From contig NMRA01000405.1 in the NCBI GenBank assembly GCA_002633005.1, forward strand, positions 378,504 to 416,002: DNA of 37,499 nt, given 5' to 3'. The notes beneath the pieces were generated by a model that saw nothing but the letters and a program-made list of their open reading frames with translations, ran no database searches and had not been told where the DNA came from. The position numbers and the translations under genes were made by a program. Origin of the DNA: Phoronis australis. Lineage: Eukaryota > Animalia > Phoronida. This document shows positions 35,655 to 37,499 of the stretch, in pieces; within the stretch, counting starts at the first letter, position 1; each line of letters opens with the position of its first letter.

Positions 35655-36367
35655 TTAAGTATTTCACCTGGATAAATGAGAGTACATTGTGTATGAGAGA
35701 AAAATACATGTAGCCATTAAAGGGTGGGTGCATTCTAGTTTGGCATATTGATTGTGCTTTGATACCGTCATTAACAGATTGATGAGGCGACCTAGTCAAA
35801 ATGTTTTCACATTTCAAGTTACGAATCGCTATGGTTCAAAAACTGAAGTTACAGCTCTATTGTTGTAATCTATTAATTTGTGGTTCACATGGAAACTGCG
35901 TTAGTGGCGTTGTTGTGTCATATGGAGTGCACACGCACAGACTTTTGGTTTTAGAAAAACTCACGATTAAAATGATCATCACGAATAGAAGGGCCGAAAG
36001 GTTGCAGGCCAGTTATTTACTATTGAAAACAAAATCTATTTTATTACTGGGAGCGGAATGCTCAACATTCAGATAAATTAGTGTTCCCGTGCTCCGTTGC
36101 ACGAAACAGTCCCAACTCAACTACATTTAATCGCATGTTTGAACTTGTGAAAATACAGATTGCCCTTTCTCGAGCTGTTTTATTTTCATTATGAAGTTTA
36201 TTTTTGACTTTGATACACACTGATCTATCTGACTTCCTGAAGTAATATAGACGGGTGCTTCCATGTGAGATGCCCGCTTACCGTTTGCCTTATTTGTAAG
36301 TGACCTACAATGTAGCTACAGTTGTATGTTAACCGATATCTGAAGTAACGTTGACTATTACACATGT

Positions 36368-36637
36368 ATTTAAGACTAGACAGATATTCAAAATAAAGGA
36401 CTTGCATATTGTTGCTATAATTAAATTTTTCTACAAATATGTTCATAATTACTTGCCTTCATTTTTAACACGTTCAATTTAATAAACCGTGGGTATGTTC
36501 ATGAACATTACACTAGTAAACGACATCTTCTACAAACTCCTCGTTGTACTAAATCATTTGCTAAAGATTCAGTTCGCAATGCTTTACCTCATAATTTGTA
36601 TCAATTGTATTTTTGTCTTAACGCGAATAAAGTGTCT

Positions 36638-36677
<40 letters not shown>

Positions 36678-36680
36678 ACT
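36368..36680 (+). mobile_element. Truncated, internally deleted copy of the Crack-like LINE 3' end
   Basis: Matches ~25220-25444 then ~25750-25835, with the same AATAAAGTGT and (CTA)n(CTG)n tail; possible TSD ATGTAT (36364-36369 / 36681-36686). Confidence 0.88.
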
Positions 36681-37289
36681 ATGTATATTTTTAAGCTTGT
36701 TATAATTTTTTGGTCTTTGTTGTTCCTCATTGTTATACAGTGACATGACACTCTGCCGGAGAGAGTGTGGTCACTTGAACCAAGAAGAAGAACTCTACGT
36801 TAAATTTCCAATAATAATGAAAATTAATCGGGAGTTTCCACCCCTATGCGCCCCAAATTCAAGGACTAAATCCCTGCTTGTTTTCATTCAGGTGTTGGAC
36901 AAACTTTTATGAAATGGCGCTGAGTCAAATAGGAGCCCGTAATAGATACAAGCCAATAAAAAGACATAACATTTGTGAATAAACAAAAACACAGTCACGT
37001 GGAAGATTTAAGGAACTTTGTTGATTTCCTATTTGGGACTGTTCCATGCAACTGAGAACTGAAAGCTTCGCATGCCGTATAAACATGCTGTATTAGACGT
37101 ACATGTGTTGACAGTAATTTCTCAGACCTGCAGTATAGAGCCCCTGTGTGATATTTACGTTTACGATTTGTGTCGTCAATTAAATGAAACATGTATGGAG
37201 ACGTCACATGACTTAAAGTTACAGAACATTATGATAAGACTCGACAAATATTAAAACTACAACATTTATCACCAATAATCTCAACATCC

Positions 37290-37499
37290 TTGTCATCCTT
37301 CTCATCATTGTCATTCATGATCATTCTTCCCGTCCACCACTGCACTGCCGCGGCTACTGACACTACCACTGGTACAACTGCTGGTGGTGTCACCGTCACC
37401 ACCACCACCACCACCATCACCACCGCCACTACTGTTGTTGTTACTTTTACTTCTGCTACCACTACTACTACCACTACCACTGCCCCTACCACCACTACC
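37290..37499. repeat. Low-complexity trinucleotide repeat (CCA/CTA/TCA)n
   Basis: Directly visible degenerate triplet runs to the window end. Confidence 0.8.

Noticed and set aside
37229-37499. Mucin-like Thr-rich or Val-rich coding exon
   Set aside because: Degenerate trinucleotide repeat without splice or domain support, and truncated by the window edge.

Overview
AT-rich eukaryotic (metazoan, probably invertebrate) genomic DNA with one 115-N assembly gap; it is not prokaryotic, and most of the listed ORFs are spurious or transposon fragments. One host gene is recognisable: a minus-strand, spliced, secreted NIDO-domain protein with four phase-compatible coding exons (17217-17301, 14773-14924, 8807-9103, 6094-6207) that probably continues off the left edge. 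The rest is a dense, nested mobile-element landscape: a spliced THAP pseudogene; a ~2.1 kb near-spacerless palindromic (foldback) element with a tRNA-like Pol III head in each arm and an RTEX-type LINE tail inserted in one arm; a decayed Ty3/Gypsy split by a Tx1/L1 LINE; a full-length Hero-type (RLE) LINE split by a full-length L2/CR1-group (Crack-like) LINE, plus two more fragments of that family; a MULE-like element with a 9-bp TSD; and a Kolobok element with a TTAA TSD. The most unusual items are the tRNA-headed palindrome and several conserved RNA hairpins. All calls come from reading the sequence by eye; no searches were run.
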